A stretch of 64,000 nucleotides of DNA from the NCBI GenBank assembly GCA_963712275.1, contig CAVQHD010000001.1, positions 1,728,001-1,792,000 of the forward strand, written 5' to 3'. A program made the translations under genes and the position numbers. Shown here piece after piece: positions 34,642-44,048 of this stretch (positions within the stretch are counted from its first letter, which is position 1; the number at the start of each line of letters is the position of its first letter). The notes beneath the pieces were generated by a model. The model saw nothing but the letters and a program-made list of their open reading frames with translations, made no database searches and was not told where the DNA came from. Source of the stretch: an uncultured Rhabdochlamydiaceae bacterium (GTDB lineage Bacteria; Chlamydiota; Chlamydiia; Chlamydiales; Rhabdochlamydiaceae).

Positions 34642-36441
34642 ATGGATCGACGTACGATTATTTTTGTTGTTCTAATGACAACAACCTTTTTCTTGATCAA
34701 TCATTTTTTATTTCCCCCACGTCCCTCTAAAGTAGAAGTGGGTGTTGTAGTTGAAGGGGAGCCTACTGTTTCTCCTCCTAAAGCGCCTCTGAAAGATGAA
34801 ACCCTTTACGTCATTGAAAATGCGTATCAGCAATTGGTGATTTCGTCTCTCAATGGAGCGTTAGCTGAAATTAACCTTCCTCTTCAAACAAAAGAAAATT
34901 CTGAGAGCGTTGTAAAAAAGATTTGGATCGATCAAGCCCTGGAAAAAGACCATCCTCAAGAGGACTATTTCCCTTCAGCTCCCTATCAAACCTATCAAGG
35001 CTCTTTCAATCTGGGAGAGCTTGGAGGATATTATCCGCTTCTCAGACGGCATGTCGCACCCGCCTACTATGGGCTTGCCACAACCACCTCCAATCCCAAT
35101 AGCGCACAAACCCACTATCGTCTGAAGCGACTCGAAAAAAACCTCGTTGAGCTTGAAGGGACAACAGCAGGCGTTGTCTTAAGAAAAACCTATCAACTTC
35201 CCGATGATCCTTCAAAGACTCCCTACTCTTTTAATCTAACCATCACAACAGACGAAAATCCATCGGAGCTTGCCCTTTCAACAGGTGTGCCAGACGTAGA
35301 AATCGTTTCAGGAAGCTCATCGCCTGCTTTAAAATATCGGATACTGAACCAACGCCAAAAAGGCGTTATTGAACAGATCTCCCTGCCGAAGGAGTCCATC
35401 TCGATGACATCAATGCATCCCGAATGGATTTCCAACTCCAACGGTTTTTTTGCGATTCTCATCGAGCCTCAAGAGACGATGGGCGCTGGGTTTTCCGCTT
35501 CTCGAGTTCCTGGAACATCAGTTCCCACCCGTTTAAGCTTAATTGATGCGGAACAAAACCGGTTTCCGGCAGCAAATTACCCCGGATACGATCTTAAAAT
35601 GCCTTTCAACACAAGCCAAGGAACTTATACATTTCATATCTTTGCAGGACCTCTAGCCTCCTCTGTTCTCGAAACAAATGATGCTGTTTTCAAGGCAGAT
35701 TATAAAGGAATGCAAAGCTTTCATGGATGGTTTGCATTCATCTCAGAGCCGTTTGCAAAATTTTTATTCTTTTTGATGAAGATTTTTTACGTGACGATTC
35801 ACTCCTGGGGATTTTCCATTATTTTGCTAACAATTGCGCTCCGCCTCATGATGTATCCCCTCAATGCATGGTCTATCCGTTCAACGATCAAAATGCAAAA
35901 GCTCTCCCCCAAACTCTCAGCGTTGCAGCAGCGGCATAAAAAGGATCCAAAGAAAGCTCAAGCGGAGATGATGAACCTCTACCGCGAGAACGGGGTCAAC
36001 CCTCTTGGAGGATGCTTTCCTCTCCTCATTCAAATGCCCTTTTTGATTGGAATGTTCGACCTTCTTAAGTCAACCTTTGAGCTCCGAGGCGTCTCTTTTA
36101 TTCCAGGGTGGATCACCAATTTGACTGCTCCTGATATTCTTTTTTCTTGGAGCACGCCGATCTGGTTTATTGGAAATTCATTCCACCTGCTTCCCATTCT
36201 CCTCGGCGCTGTGATGTTCTTGCAACAGAAAATGAGCGGAATGGGTCCCCGCAATCCAAAAACCATGACCGATCAACAAAAGCAACAACGAATGATGGGA
36301 CATATCATGGTCGTTGTTTTCACCGTTTTATTTTACAACTTTCCCTCAGGACTCAATCTTTACTGGCTTTCCTCCATGCTTCTTGCCATTTTACAACAGT
36401 GGTGGATGACTAAAAATATGACAAAGAGTGTTAAAACGTGA
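34642..36441 (+). CDS. yidC: Membrane protein insertase YidC
   Basis: WGFSIILLTIALR, NPLGGCFPLLIQMP, PSGLNLYW. Confidence 0.95.
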   Translation: MDRRTIIFVVLMTTTFFLINHFLFPPRPSKVEVGVVVEGEPTVSPPKAPLKDETLYVIENAYQQLVISSLNGALAEINLPLQTKENSESVVKKIWIDQALEKDHPQEDYFPSAPYQTYQGSFNLGELGGYYPLLRRHVAPAYYGLATTTSNPNSAQTHYRLKRLEKNLVELEGTTAGVVLRKTYQLPDDPSKTPYSFNLTITTDENPSELALSTGVPDVEIVSGSSSPALKYRILNQRQKGVIEQISLPKESISMTSMHPEWISNSNGFFAILIEPQETMGAGFSASRVPGTSVPTRLSLIDAEQNRFPAANYPGYDLKMPFNTSQGTYTFHIFAGPLASSVLETNDAVFKADYKGMQSFHGWFAFISEPFAKFLFFLMKIFYVTIHSWGFSIILLTIALRLMMYPLNAWSIRSTIKMQKLSPKLSALQQRHKKDPKKAQAEMMNLYRENGVNPLGGCFPLLIQMPFLIGMFDLLKSTFELRGVSFIPGWITNLTAPDILFSWSTPIWFIGNSFHLLPILLGAVMFLQQKMSGMGPRNPKTMTDQQKQQRMMGHIMVVVFTVLFYNFPSGLNLYWLSSMLLAILQQWWMTKNMTKSVKT

Positions 36442-37727
36442 AGGAATGGCAGGCCTTTTTAGAAGAGCAAAAAAAAGAGCTTGGATGCGATGCCATTGAC
36501 CGGTGGGCTAAAAGTCTTAAAATCATCAATTTTGATGCAGGCAATCTCTATCTTGAGGCTGAAGACCCCTTTCAACTCTACTGGTTTGAACAGTATCTGC
36601 GCCCCCTGATCAAAGCAGCATTTAAAAATATCAACGGCAGATCTGTCCACGTTCACCTTTCTCTTATCAATGCGACTCTTCCTGTTAAAAAAAAAGAATG
36701 GATTCCACCGCTCAATCTAACCCCCGATTCGATTCTCTCTAATCGCACGTTTACAACCTATTTTTCAGGAGTTGCAAACGATCCTCCCTTTAAGCTTTTT
36801 CAAGACGTTTTAAAAAGGAAAAATTTTAACCCCATCTATCTTCATGGACCCTCTGGCGTTGGGAAAACCCATCTTCTCATGGCTGCCTGTCATCAAACCA
36901 AACAGCAAGGGCAAACCTATTTTTATGTGAAAGCCGACCGGTTTACCCAACATATCGTTGCCGCAATGCGAGGGGGAGCCATGCCGCAGTTCAGAGAGTT
37001 GTACCGTCGGTATGACGTCCTCGTCCTAGACGAGGTTGAACAGCTCTCAGAGCGGACCGCTTCTCAAGAAGAGCTGTTTCATACGTTCAACACACTCCAT
37101 CTCGCAGGGAAACAAATCCTACTTGCCGGACAAGAGCTCCCTTCCCGCCTAAAAGGCATCGAACCCCGCTTAACAAGCCGGTTTGAATGGGGGCTTGTGC
37201 TCTCTTTCCAGCCGCTAACCCCCTCAGAGCAAGCCCTTTTTTTTCATCAGCTTCTGCATCAAAAAAAGATCACCCTGGATCCAGAAATCGCTCAGGCTTG
37301 CCTCTCGCTTCTTCCTTCGATCCCGCTCCTTTACCGGGCAGCCGATATCTTAGAGGTTCGCTTAAAGGAAGCCAAGCCGACTCTGCCCCTTCTCCAAATA
37401 TGGTTTGCAACCCTCATTCAAGAACACAAGAGAAAAGCTCTCACCTCCGAAACAATTTTTAAAGCTGTCGCTTCTCATTTCGACATTCGTCCATCAGATC
37501 TTTGTGGAAAGTCTCAGACATCGCAGCACACAACCCCCAGACAAGTCGCCATGTATCTATGCCGAAAACAGCTTCATCTTCCCTATACGAAAATCGGCGA
37601 AATTTTTTCCCGCGACCACTCCACCGTGATGACCAGCGTCAAGCTCATCGATAAAAAGCTCAAAGAAACCCCTCTCCTGCAAGACGCCGTCCGCGACATC
37701 CTTGAGACTCTCAAGAAAACCCTCTAA
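36438..37727 (+). CDS. dnaA: Chromosomal replication initiator DnaA (chlamydial yidC-linked paralogue)
   Basis: FNPIYLHGPSGVGKTHL, QEELFHTFN, RLTSRFEWGL, RDHSTVM. Confidence 0.93.
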   Translation: MKEWQAFLEEQKKELGCDAIDRWAKSLKIINFDAGNLYLEAEDPFQLYWFEQYLRPLIKAAFKNINGRSVHVHLSLINATLPVKKKEWIPPLNLTPDSILSNRTFTTYFSGVANDPPFKLFQDVLKRKNFNPIYLHGPSGVGKTHLLMAACHQTKQQGQTYFYVKADRFTQHIVAAMRGGAMPQFRELYRRYDVLVLDEVEQLSERTASQEELFHTFNTLHLAGKQILLAGQELPSRLKGIEPRLTSRFEWGLVLSFQPLTPSEQALFFHQLLHQKKITLDPEIAQACLSLLPSIPLLYRAADILEVRLKEAKPTLPLLQIWFATLIQEHKRKALTSETIFKAVASHFDIRPSDLCGKSQTSQHTTPRQVAMYLCRKQLHLPYTKIGEIFSRDHSTVMTSVKLIDKKLKETPLLQDAVRDILETLKKTL

Positions 37728-37779
37728 AACAAAATTATTTGCGAAAATACTAGCAATCGGTAAAATGATTTGCATATCC

Positions 37780-37833
37780 CGCATGGAGACCCCATGCGAA
37801 AGCCACGGGCCATAAACCCGTGGTTTGTTTTTT
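37780..37833 (+). terminator. Two hairpins ending in a terminator-like stem and U tract; possible leader RNA of the NYN gene
   Basis: CGCATGG-5-CCATGCG, then AAGCCACGGG-7-CCCGTGGTTT followed by GTTTTTT. Confidence 0.6.
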
Positions 37834-37845
37834 CAATGGACAAGT

Positions 37846-38036
37846 ATGGCTCAACAAAGAGTAGTCGTTTTTGTCGATGGGCTTAATCTATATCATGCCA
37901 TATCCACTCTTCACCGGCAAGAATTGGAATGGGTTGACTTAAGAGTTCTATCAAAATTGTTACCGATGCTGCTCACATAATGTCAGTATCTCGTCCTCTG
38001 GAATATAGCCCTAAGACGGAAATATTGCGAAGATAG
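37846..38036 (+). pseudogene. NYN-domain (PIN-like) ribonuclease remnant
   Basis: MAQQRVVVFVDGLNLYHAI...WVDLRVLS matches an NYN N-terminus; stops after 44 codons; possible C-terminal piece (RPLEYSP) in another frame. Confidence 0.7.
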
Positions 38037-38057
38037 CTTGAAAGTTCAATGAGTCCC

Positions 38058-39308
38058 TTAAATCGCACCTTGAGCTCTAAACCTATTCTCAAGAGACTCC
38101 CCAAACCCATTCATGACATATATTTCACACGTGTTTGGGTGGTGGCGTGCCCATCTTTCGCTAGAATCGTTATATCTTGGATCTTGGCTGATGCCAAGCA
38201 GGTTCAGGCCTTGGAAAAAGTCTCTTATTGCCTGGCCATGAGAAACAACCACCACTAAGTCTCCAGGTGGAGTCTGAGCATGTGCCGACATGATCCCTGC
38301 AAACATCCGCTGAAAGAGTTGATACCGGCTTTCTGGAGTGTTGTTAGGTTTTGTAAAAAATCGCTTTTCTGGAGGGAGAGCTTCGTAGGCTTTGTAGCTT
38401 GGATCTACTTTACGCACTTTTCTAGGGGTTGGGTCATGTTCTTTTTCTCGAAGGCGTGCATCTTCGGTGAATTGCGATTGCAGACTTTTCACACTTTCAT
38501 TCTCCGCAATCAATCGGCCCGTTTCTTGCGAACGTTTCATAGAGGAGACAAAAAAGGCAACCTTTTTACAGCCATATTCTTCGTGGAGCTCTTTGATTGC
38601 TTGTGCCGTGGGACCCGTCTGATTCCGCCCCCGTTCAGTTAAAGCCGGGTCATTTCCTTTGTCTTTATCAGCGTGCCGCATGAGCACAATCACTCTATGA
38701 GCCGCCTGCGTAAAGATTTGGTAGTAATTCCACGCCTGATACCCTCTGACCGCTGTTAAAGCGACTTTTAAACCAAACTCGGCGCCTTCTAAACTTTTCC
38801 ACTCCTTTTGCTGAGCCCGTTTTTTCGCTTCATTCACCTGATAAAGGTTTAAAACAGTTTGAGCAACATAGGAAATAATGGTGACTTGTAAAGAACGCCT
38901 CATATGTGGAAACAGGCATAAATTAACAAGCGCTAGCGCATCGATAACCAAGGCCATGATCTTTTCAAATAGAGGCACTCCTGTCTCTCTTAACAACCCT
39001 AAAAACCCTTCGGTTACTGACACAATTTTGCCTATTTTAAGGCTTGCCTTGTGGTTTAAGACAATACCCGCAAACTCAAATATATTCTTTACAACTGGAA
39101 GAAGCGATTCATCAAGCGACCTTCCGGCATCCAGAATATTGAGTCCTCCCATGAGATAGGCCAGAGGCCGCTCCATCGGCTTATACAGAGAAATGAGTGG
39201 AAGCGCCGCCTCCACAATACGGCTGAATTCTTTTCCAGAACAGAATGGAACTGATCCACTTTGATTCAATTGATAAAACGGAATGTATTGACTTAATAAA
39301 GCAACCAT
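38058..39308 (-). CDS. Hydrophobic N-terminal domain fused to a histidine phosphatase domain
   Basis: VLMRHAD, LTERGRNQ, SSMKRSQET, LREK, VVSHGQAI. Confidence 0.8.
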   Translation of the reverse strand: MVALLSQYIPFYQLNQSGSVPFCSGKEFSRIVEAALPLISLYKPMERPLAYLMGGLNILDAGRSLDESLLPVVKNIFEFAGIVLNHKASLKIGKIVSVTEGFLGLLRETGVPLFEKIMALVIDALALVNLCLFPHMRRSLQVTIISYVAQTVLNLYQVNEAKKRAQQKEWKSLEGAEFGLKVALTAVRGYQAWNYYQIFTQAAHRVIVLMRHADKDKGNDPALTERGRNQTGPTAQAIKELHEEYGCKKVAFFVSSMKRSQETGRLIAENESVKSLQSQFTEDARLREKEHDPTPRKVRKVDPSYKAYEALPPEKRFFTKPNNTPESRYQLFQRMFAGIMSAHAQTPPGDLVVVVSHGQAIRDFFQGLNLLGISQDPRYNDSSERWARHHPNTCEIYVMNGFGESLENRFRAQGAI

Positions 39309-39343
39309 AAATATTCTTTAGATAAAGATTGTAAATTTTTTTA

Positions 39344-40198
39344 TTATACCGATCGGGCAGTAATGAATATCCCTGTAATAATACTTGCGGAACTCAATAA
39401 AGCCTTCGTATAAAACTCCCGGCTTTGATTTATTGCTTTTTTTTGAGGATCATAGCATTTCCGTGCGTATAATATACCGCAACATCCTCCTAACGTCATC
39501 ACACCCCCAATACCAGGGAGGAGAAAGTCGATTGCTTGCCAAGTTTTTCTTACTGAGCTCACTTTTGAATTAACTTGAGTACTGTCATCTAAAAAAGCAG
39601 CGGAGCCTGATAAATCCTTCGCAAAAGCATCCCATATATGGTTTATGCTCTGCGTAAAACGATCTTGAAGATCACTCTTCATAATCTTTACATCTTTTTT
39701 CAACTCTTCTAATGCTGACTTTAATAATAGACGGTCCTCTTCTGATTTAGAAGAGGCATAAGTGTCAGCGATCTCTTCTAGCCGATTGTGGATAACGAGG
39801 CACACTTTAAATACTTCATCAATAAAATTTTTAAATAGCGGCCCAGCTCTTGTCTCTAATTCAGCTTTGGCTTTTAGATTCGCAGGAAAATCGACTTCTT
39901 TAGAAATCGCAGATAAGAGGTTATTCCATACAGATCGTAGGCGACTCTCGAAAGTTATCTTGATGCTATTCCTCGTCCATACTATCACGAATTGTAATCT
40001 GTCGATTCTTTTGATCGAGAAATCAGGGTCATGAATATGTTGTATGTTTTTTTCTAATAATCCTAAGAAACCATCAAAAGCGTCACCCATATCTTCTCTA
40101 AAGTTGCCTAAAATACGATATGCTCTCTTCACTGCTACCCCCAGATTTTCAGGCAGGGTTTCTAGCGTTGGGCGGATACTGTTAGATATGATAGCCAT
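39344..40198 (-). CDS. Hypothetical coiled-coil protein with C-terminal hydrophobic segments
   Basis: AAGGA SD; low GC; two C-terminal hydrophobic stretches. Confidence 0.7.
   Translation of the reverse strand: MAIISNSIRPTLETLPENLGVAVKRAYRILGNFREDMGDAFDGFLGLLEKNIQHIHDPDFSIKRIDRLQFVIVWTRNSIKITFESRLRSVWNNLLSAISKEVDFPANLKAKAELETRAGPLFKNFIDEVFKVCLVIHNRLEEIADTYASSKSEEDRLLLKSALEELKKDVKIMKSDLQDRFTQSINHIWDAFAKDLSGSAAFLDDSTQVNSKVSSVRKTWQAIDFLLPGIGGVMTLGGCCGILYARKCYDPQKKAINQSREFYTKALLSSASIITGIFITARSV
39353..39407. repeat. 55-bp direct repeat, copy 1
   Basis: 52 of 55 bases identical to 41175-41229. Confidence 0.85.
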
Positions 40199-40564
40199 TT
40201 TTAATCCTTGTGTTTAAATTTAACTAACACAGTTTATCATTTATTTGTTAATAAAACAAATTAAATAAAAAATACGAATAATAAATATATTAATAATGGA
40301 TTGGGTTAAATGGCTTCACGAGCGGACTGGACGGAGTTTGGGGGGATACACTTCATCAGTTGTTAAAGAGTTATGTTTTGGAAGTGAAAAGGCAAAGGAG
40401 ATTTTAGATCATGTTTCTCACCCCCCTGCCCAATAGAGTCACTAAAAGACTGTTTTACATATAAACTATATTTTAATTAAATCGCTATATAGATAAAATT
40501 ATTCATACGCTTGCTTATTATTAAGCATATAAATATACTAATTATTCGATAAACAAGGGATTTT

Positions 40565-41170
40565 ATGACAATACGAGCAATAAACATCAACGTTAATTTT
40601 GATTCTAATAATTTACTTTTCATGCAATGCGCAGGAGGGATTATCGGAGGGCAGAAAATTGGAAAAGCTCTTCTTAAAGTACTGCCGATGCAATTTGACA
40701 CATTTGTTTGGATGGGAGTGAGAGCGAAGTGCTTGCTTGATCGGGTAAAACCATTATCCCTTTTCAGAACGCATCCTCATTTGCATACCGTACTCCAAAT
40801 CTGTGTTAGTGGGATCATGGCTCTGAATGCACTCAATGGGTACATGGGACATATCGATCTCAACAAGACTGATAATTGGTTCAATAAAGTGAGCATCAAA
40901 ACTTGGAACTACTCCTGCCAAGCGATCTCTGTCTTGTCCATCCTTGACTTTATTGATATCAAGCGCCCTGCTAAAATTCTCACACTTTTAGGGTCTACAT
41001 GCATCACAATTTTAAATGAGCGAAAGCAGCTCCCTCAAAGACTATCCGCTCTTTGGGATCAAGCATTTGGGAATACACTGCTTGGTAAGGGGTTATGCTT
41101 GCTTGGCACTGTTGCCAATCTTGGAAAAATCGTCTTGAATTACGAGAGCACCCGAAGAGCTTTCATCTAA
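40565..41170 (+). CDS. Hypothetical hydrophobic protein
   Basis: 201-aa ORF, AAGGGA SD, several hydrophobic helices. Confidence 0.65.
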   Translation: MTIRAININVNFDSNNLLFMQCAGGIIGGQKIGKALLKVLPMQFDTFVWMGVRAKCLLDRVKPLSLFRTHPHLHTVLQICVSGIMALNALNGYMGHIDLNKTDNWFNKVSIKTWNYSCQAISVLSILDFIDIKRPAKILTLLGSTCITILNERKQLPQRLSALWDQAFGNTLLGKGLCLLGTVANLGKIVLNYESTRRAFI

Positions 41171-41174
41171 CATT

Positions 41175-41229
41175 TCGGACAGTAATGAATATTCCTGCAA
41201 TAATACTTGCGGAACTCAATAAAGCCTTC
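41175..41229. repeat. 55-bp direct repeat, copy 2
   Basis: 52 of 55 bases identical to 39353-39407. Confidence 0.85.
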
Positions 41230-41307
41230 TTCATCAAGATTTTATTTCTCAAGGACAAAATCGAGCTCAAAATGTAAAATCTCTTTTAAAACGAAACACA
41301 GGTTCTT

Positions 41308-42102
41308 ATGATGGAAAGTGCTGCTATTATCATTCCTGCCCGCATGGCCTCCACGCGGTTCCCTAATAAGCCGTTGGCCCTGATTAGCGGCAAAACAATG
41401 ATTGAGCGGGTATGGCGTATTGCGAGCGCGGTACCCCAGGCAAGTGAAGTCATTATCGCAACAGATAGCGATGATCTAAGATGCTTTGCAGAAAATTTTG
41501 GAGCAAGTGTGCTGATGACGAGCCCTGAATGTCTGACCGGCACCGACCGTGTGGCAGAAGCATCCCGTCTGCTCGATCAAAAACATCACATCTTTTTTAG
41601 CTTCCAAGGCGATGCAGTGTTGACGCCTCCTTGGGTGATTGAAGCTGTGCTTCATGCAATGCTGTCGGATGCAGCGATTCAAATGGCGACCCCTGCAGTC
41701 CGTCTAACAGGTCAAGCTCTGGCCGATTTTGTTATAGGTAAGCGCGGCGGCAGCTCAAGCGGAACGACTGTGACTTTTGACAAGACGGGAAAAGCCCTTT
41801 ATTTTTCCAAAGCACTCATTCCCTACCACCGAGACGAAAATCATCCGGATAGAACGATTTACCGCCACATTGGCCTCTATGCCTATAGAGCCCCCACTCT
41901 TCAACAATTAAGTCTTTTGCCAGAAGGAACGTTTGAAAAATCGGAAAAACTTGAACAATTGCGGGCTTTGGAAAACGGCATTCCTATTCAAGTGATCCCT
42001 GTCGACTATAGAGGGAGGACGCATGGCTCCGTCGATCGTCCTGAGGACCTTTCGTTTGTCGAAAAGACTATCGAAAGAGAGGGAGAACTTATTAAATTTT
42101 AA
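41308..42102 (+). CDS. kdsB: 3-deoxy-manno-octulosonate cytidylyltransferase
   Basis: IIPARMASTRFPNKPL, GTDRVAEA, QGD, ALYFSK, HIGLYAY, EKLEQLRALENG. Confidence 0.92.
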   Translation: MMESAAIIIPARMASTRFPNKPLALISGKTMIERVWRIASAVPQASEVIIATDSDDLRCFAENFGASVLMTSPECLTGTDRVAEASRLLDQKHHIFFSFQGDAVLTPPWVIEAVLHAMLSDAAIQMATPAVRLTGQALADFVIGKRGGSSSGTTVTFDKTGKALYFSKALIPYHRDENHPDRTIYRHIGLYAYRAPTLQQLSLLPEGTFEKSEKLEQLRALENGIPIQVIPVDYRGRTHGSVDRPEDLSFVEKTIEREGELIKF

Positions 42103-42622
42103 TAAAGGGTTGGCCTGGTTTGCCAGGAGCATCCCCTCTTGGAGGCGCGGGCAGCGGTTTGCCCGAAGCGTCTCTTGGAGGACCGGAATCTTGCGTTTCA
42201 CGTCCTTCAATGAGATCTTTGACTTTCTTTCTCCAAAACTCGACTCTTTCAACGAAAATAGGGGCAAATCGTCTGATAGCAGAAGGATCGGCTCCAATGC
42301 CCATTTCAATAACACAGTGCATCAAAATCAATTCTTCATTCACTGCAACCCCAATACCGCCGCCCGCCATCTGGCCGCCTAACATCGACCCTTCTAGGAG
42401 AGATTCATAAAGCTTAAGCCGGATCTGGGAATCCTTGGGAAGTCCATCGAGAATAGGTGAGTAGAGATAAACTCGATCGGAATGAGGCTCGTACGTAATG
42501 TGGAGCGAGAATGTATTATCGATTCCAAGAATACAGGTATGATTCTCATCAAACTGAAGCCCCTCGAGATTCAGCTCCTTACCAAATTCCTTGAGGTTAG
42601 CCTTAGCATTTTCGTACGACAT
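42092..42622 (-). CDS. slc1: CesT-family type III secretion chaperone (Slc1/CT043-like)
   Basis: FDENHTCIL, FSLHITYE, LYESLLEGSMLGGQMAGGGIG, LILMHC; GGAGG SD before ATG 42622. Confidence 0.85.
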   Translation of the reverse strand: MSYENAKANLKEFGKELNLEGLQFDENHTCILGIDNTFSLHITYEPHSDRVYLYSPILDGLPKDSQIRLKLYESLLEGSMLGGQMAGGGIGVAVNEELILMHCVIEMGIGADPSAIRRFAPIFVERVEFWRKKVKDLIEGRETQDSGPPRDASGKPLPAPPRGDAPGKPGQPFIKI

Positions 42623-42873
42623 TATAAATCCTCCTGTCCAAATATAAGACATGAGTTTGGCAATTTACGCAAATAATTGCAAATTATTTCTCAGGACTTG
42701 CTTACCCAAATGGAGGTTAGGATACGGATATTTGAAACTTTTGCTCACTCGGGCTTATTTCCATTTCTTCACCACCGAGACACGGAGAGGGATGAGATTG
42801 CACAGAGTGAAGAGTTTCTTTTTTCAAGAGCGGAAAAAAAAATCCCAATCGCGAAACAGGCAAATAAAATATG

Positions 42874-42930
42874 AAGGGAGCTCGCAAAACTCCGATTTGG
42901 AGGCCAATTCGGAGTTTTGCGAGCTCCTTC
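42874..42930. mobile_element. Miniature palindromic MITE (57 bp)
   Basis: GGAGCTCGCAAAACTCCGA...TCGGAGTTTTGCGAGCTCC; TATG duplicated on both flanks; left end matches 13871. Confidence 0.8.
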
Positions 42931-42946
42931 TATGGACAACCCCTTA

Positions 42947-43096
42947 GAAGCTGTCTTAAAACTCAGGTTTCGTCGCTTTTTGAGCCAATTTTCCCTTTAT
43001 TTGGTGGGGGTAATATCAACTTTCGCATATTACCCCCACCAAATAAAGGGAAAATTGGCTCAAAAAGCGACGAAACCTGAGTTTTAAGACAGCTTC
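42947..43096. mobile_element. Perfect palindromic MITE (150 bp)
   Basis: 71-bp perfect arms (42946-43016, 43027-43097), 10-nt loop, TTA on both flanks. Confidence 0.88.
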
Positions 43097-43388
43097 TTAA
43101 TTTTTTCAGTTATAAGATCATCCATGGAAAGCAATGATAAGCCAATGAGTATTTTTTTGCAGAAATCTTTTTTTGCTCCCGCAAAAAAGAAACTCTTCAC
43201 TCTGTGCAATCTCATCCCTCTCCGTGTCTCGGTGGTGAAGAAATAGAAATAAGCCCGAATAAGCAAAAGTTCCAAATATCCGTTCTAATTTCCTATACCC
43301 TAGGTTACATCACTTTCCTCCTTGCCTACCCAAATACAGTTTTGGTATCCTGAGGGCTCACGACTAAGGTTAAATTTCCGGAGGTATT

Positions 43389-44048
43389 ATGAATCGTTGG
43401 AAGTCTGGAGTTGCGGTTTTCGCGCTTCTTTTAGGGGGATGTCAGTACGACCAAACCCTAACAAGTGTGATTGAAAGACCCGCCCTCAAAGGCCGTCCTA
43501 TTGTGGCTCTCTTGCCTGTTGCCGACCTATCGAGACATGACCTCTCTTGGAACGTCTCCCATGAGTTGACAGAGTCGATTCGAAAGCATGTATCAGAGCA
43601 CAACCGTCTCTATCTTATTAGCAAAGATCAAATTGATGAAATCCAACATAAATCGGCACAAAGAGATCCTTTTGGGATTGAAACAGGTTGGGTTAAAAAA
43701 GCCTACCCTCTGAATGAATTTGTCGCCTTCTTTGAGCTTGTGGAACATCGAGAAATTCCTCTCGTCAATGGAGAAGGATCCCCTGCTCAGCTGAGTGTTG
43801 CTATGCGAGTCCGTGTCTTTGATCTTCGCACAGAGCAAGCCACTGTCGTTCTTCAGGAAATCATCGAGCAATCCCACCACATTCCAAAGCAATTTACCCG
43901 CAATCAATTCAACGAGGTTCCCCAAGCCTCTTGGGGAGATGAGATGTTTGAAATTTCTCCACTCGGAATTGCTCATGAGAAATTATGCCAAGAACTGGCA
44001 ACTAGGGTCGAAGATTATATCCTCTTGAATTTTGAAAAAAACTTATGA
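43389..44048 (+). CDS. CT253-like chlamydial lipoprotein
   Basis: Lipobox LLGGC; LSWNVSHELT, ELVEH, MRVRVFDLR, SPLGIAH; GGAGG SD. Confidence 0.75.
   Translation: MNRWKSGVAVFALLLGGCQYDQTLTSVIERPALKGRPIVALLPVADLSRHDLSWNVSHELTESIRKHVSEHNRLYLISKDQIDEIQHKSAQRDPFGIETGWVKKAYPLNEFVAFFELVEHREIPLVNGEGSPAQLSVAMRVRVFDLRTEQATVVLQEIIEQSHHIPKQFTRNQFNEVPQASWGDEMFEISPLGIAHEKLCQELATRVEDYILLNFEKNL

Larger units (their letters stand above)
42724..43283. repeat. Pair of ~101-bp inverted repeats (42724-42824 and 43183-43283) enclosing two MITEs
   Basis: Arms contain CACCACCGAGACACGGAGAGGGATGAGATTGCACAGAGTGAAGAG and are near-perfect reverse complements. Confidence 0.88.

Noticed and set aside
36438..37800. Replication origin beside dnaA
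   Set aside because: No cluster of TTATCCACA-like boxes seen, and dnaA overlaps yidC directly
42651..43275. Short ORFs 42651-42947, 42677-42874, 42871-43080 and 43084-43275 as genes
   Set aside because: They are translations of the inverted repeats and MITEs; their mutual similarity follows from the DNA repeat
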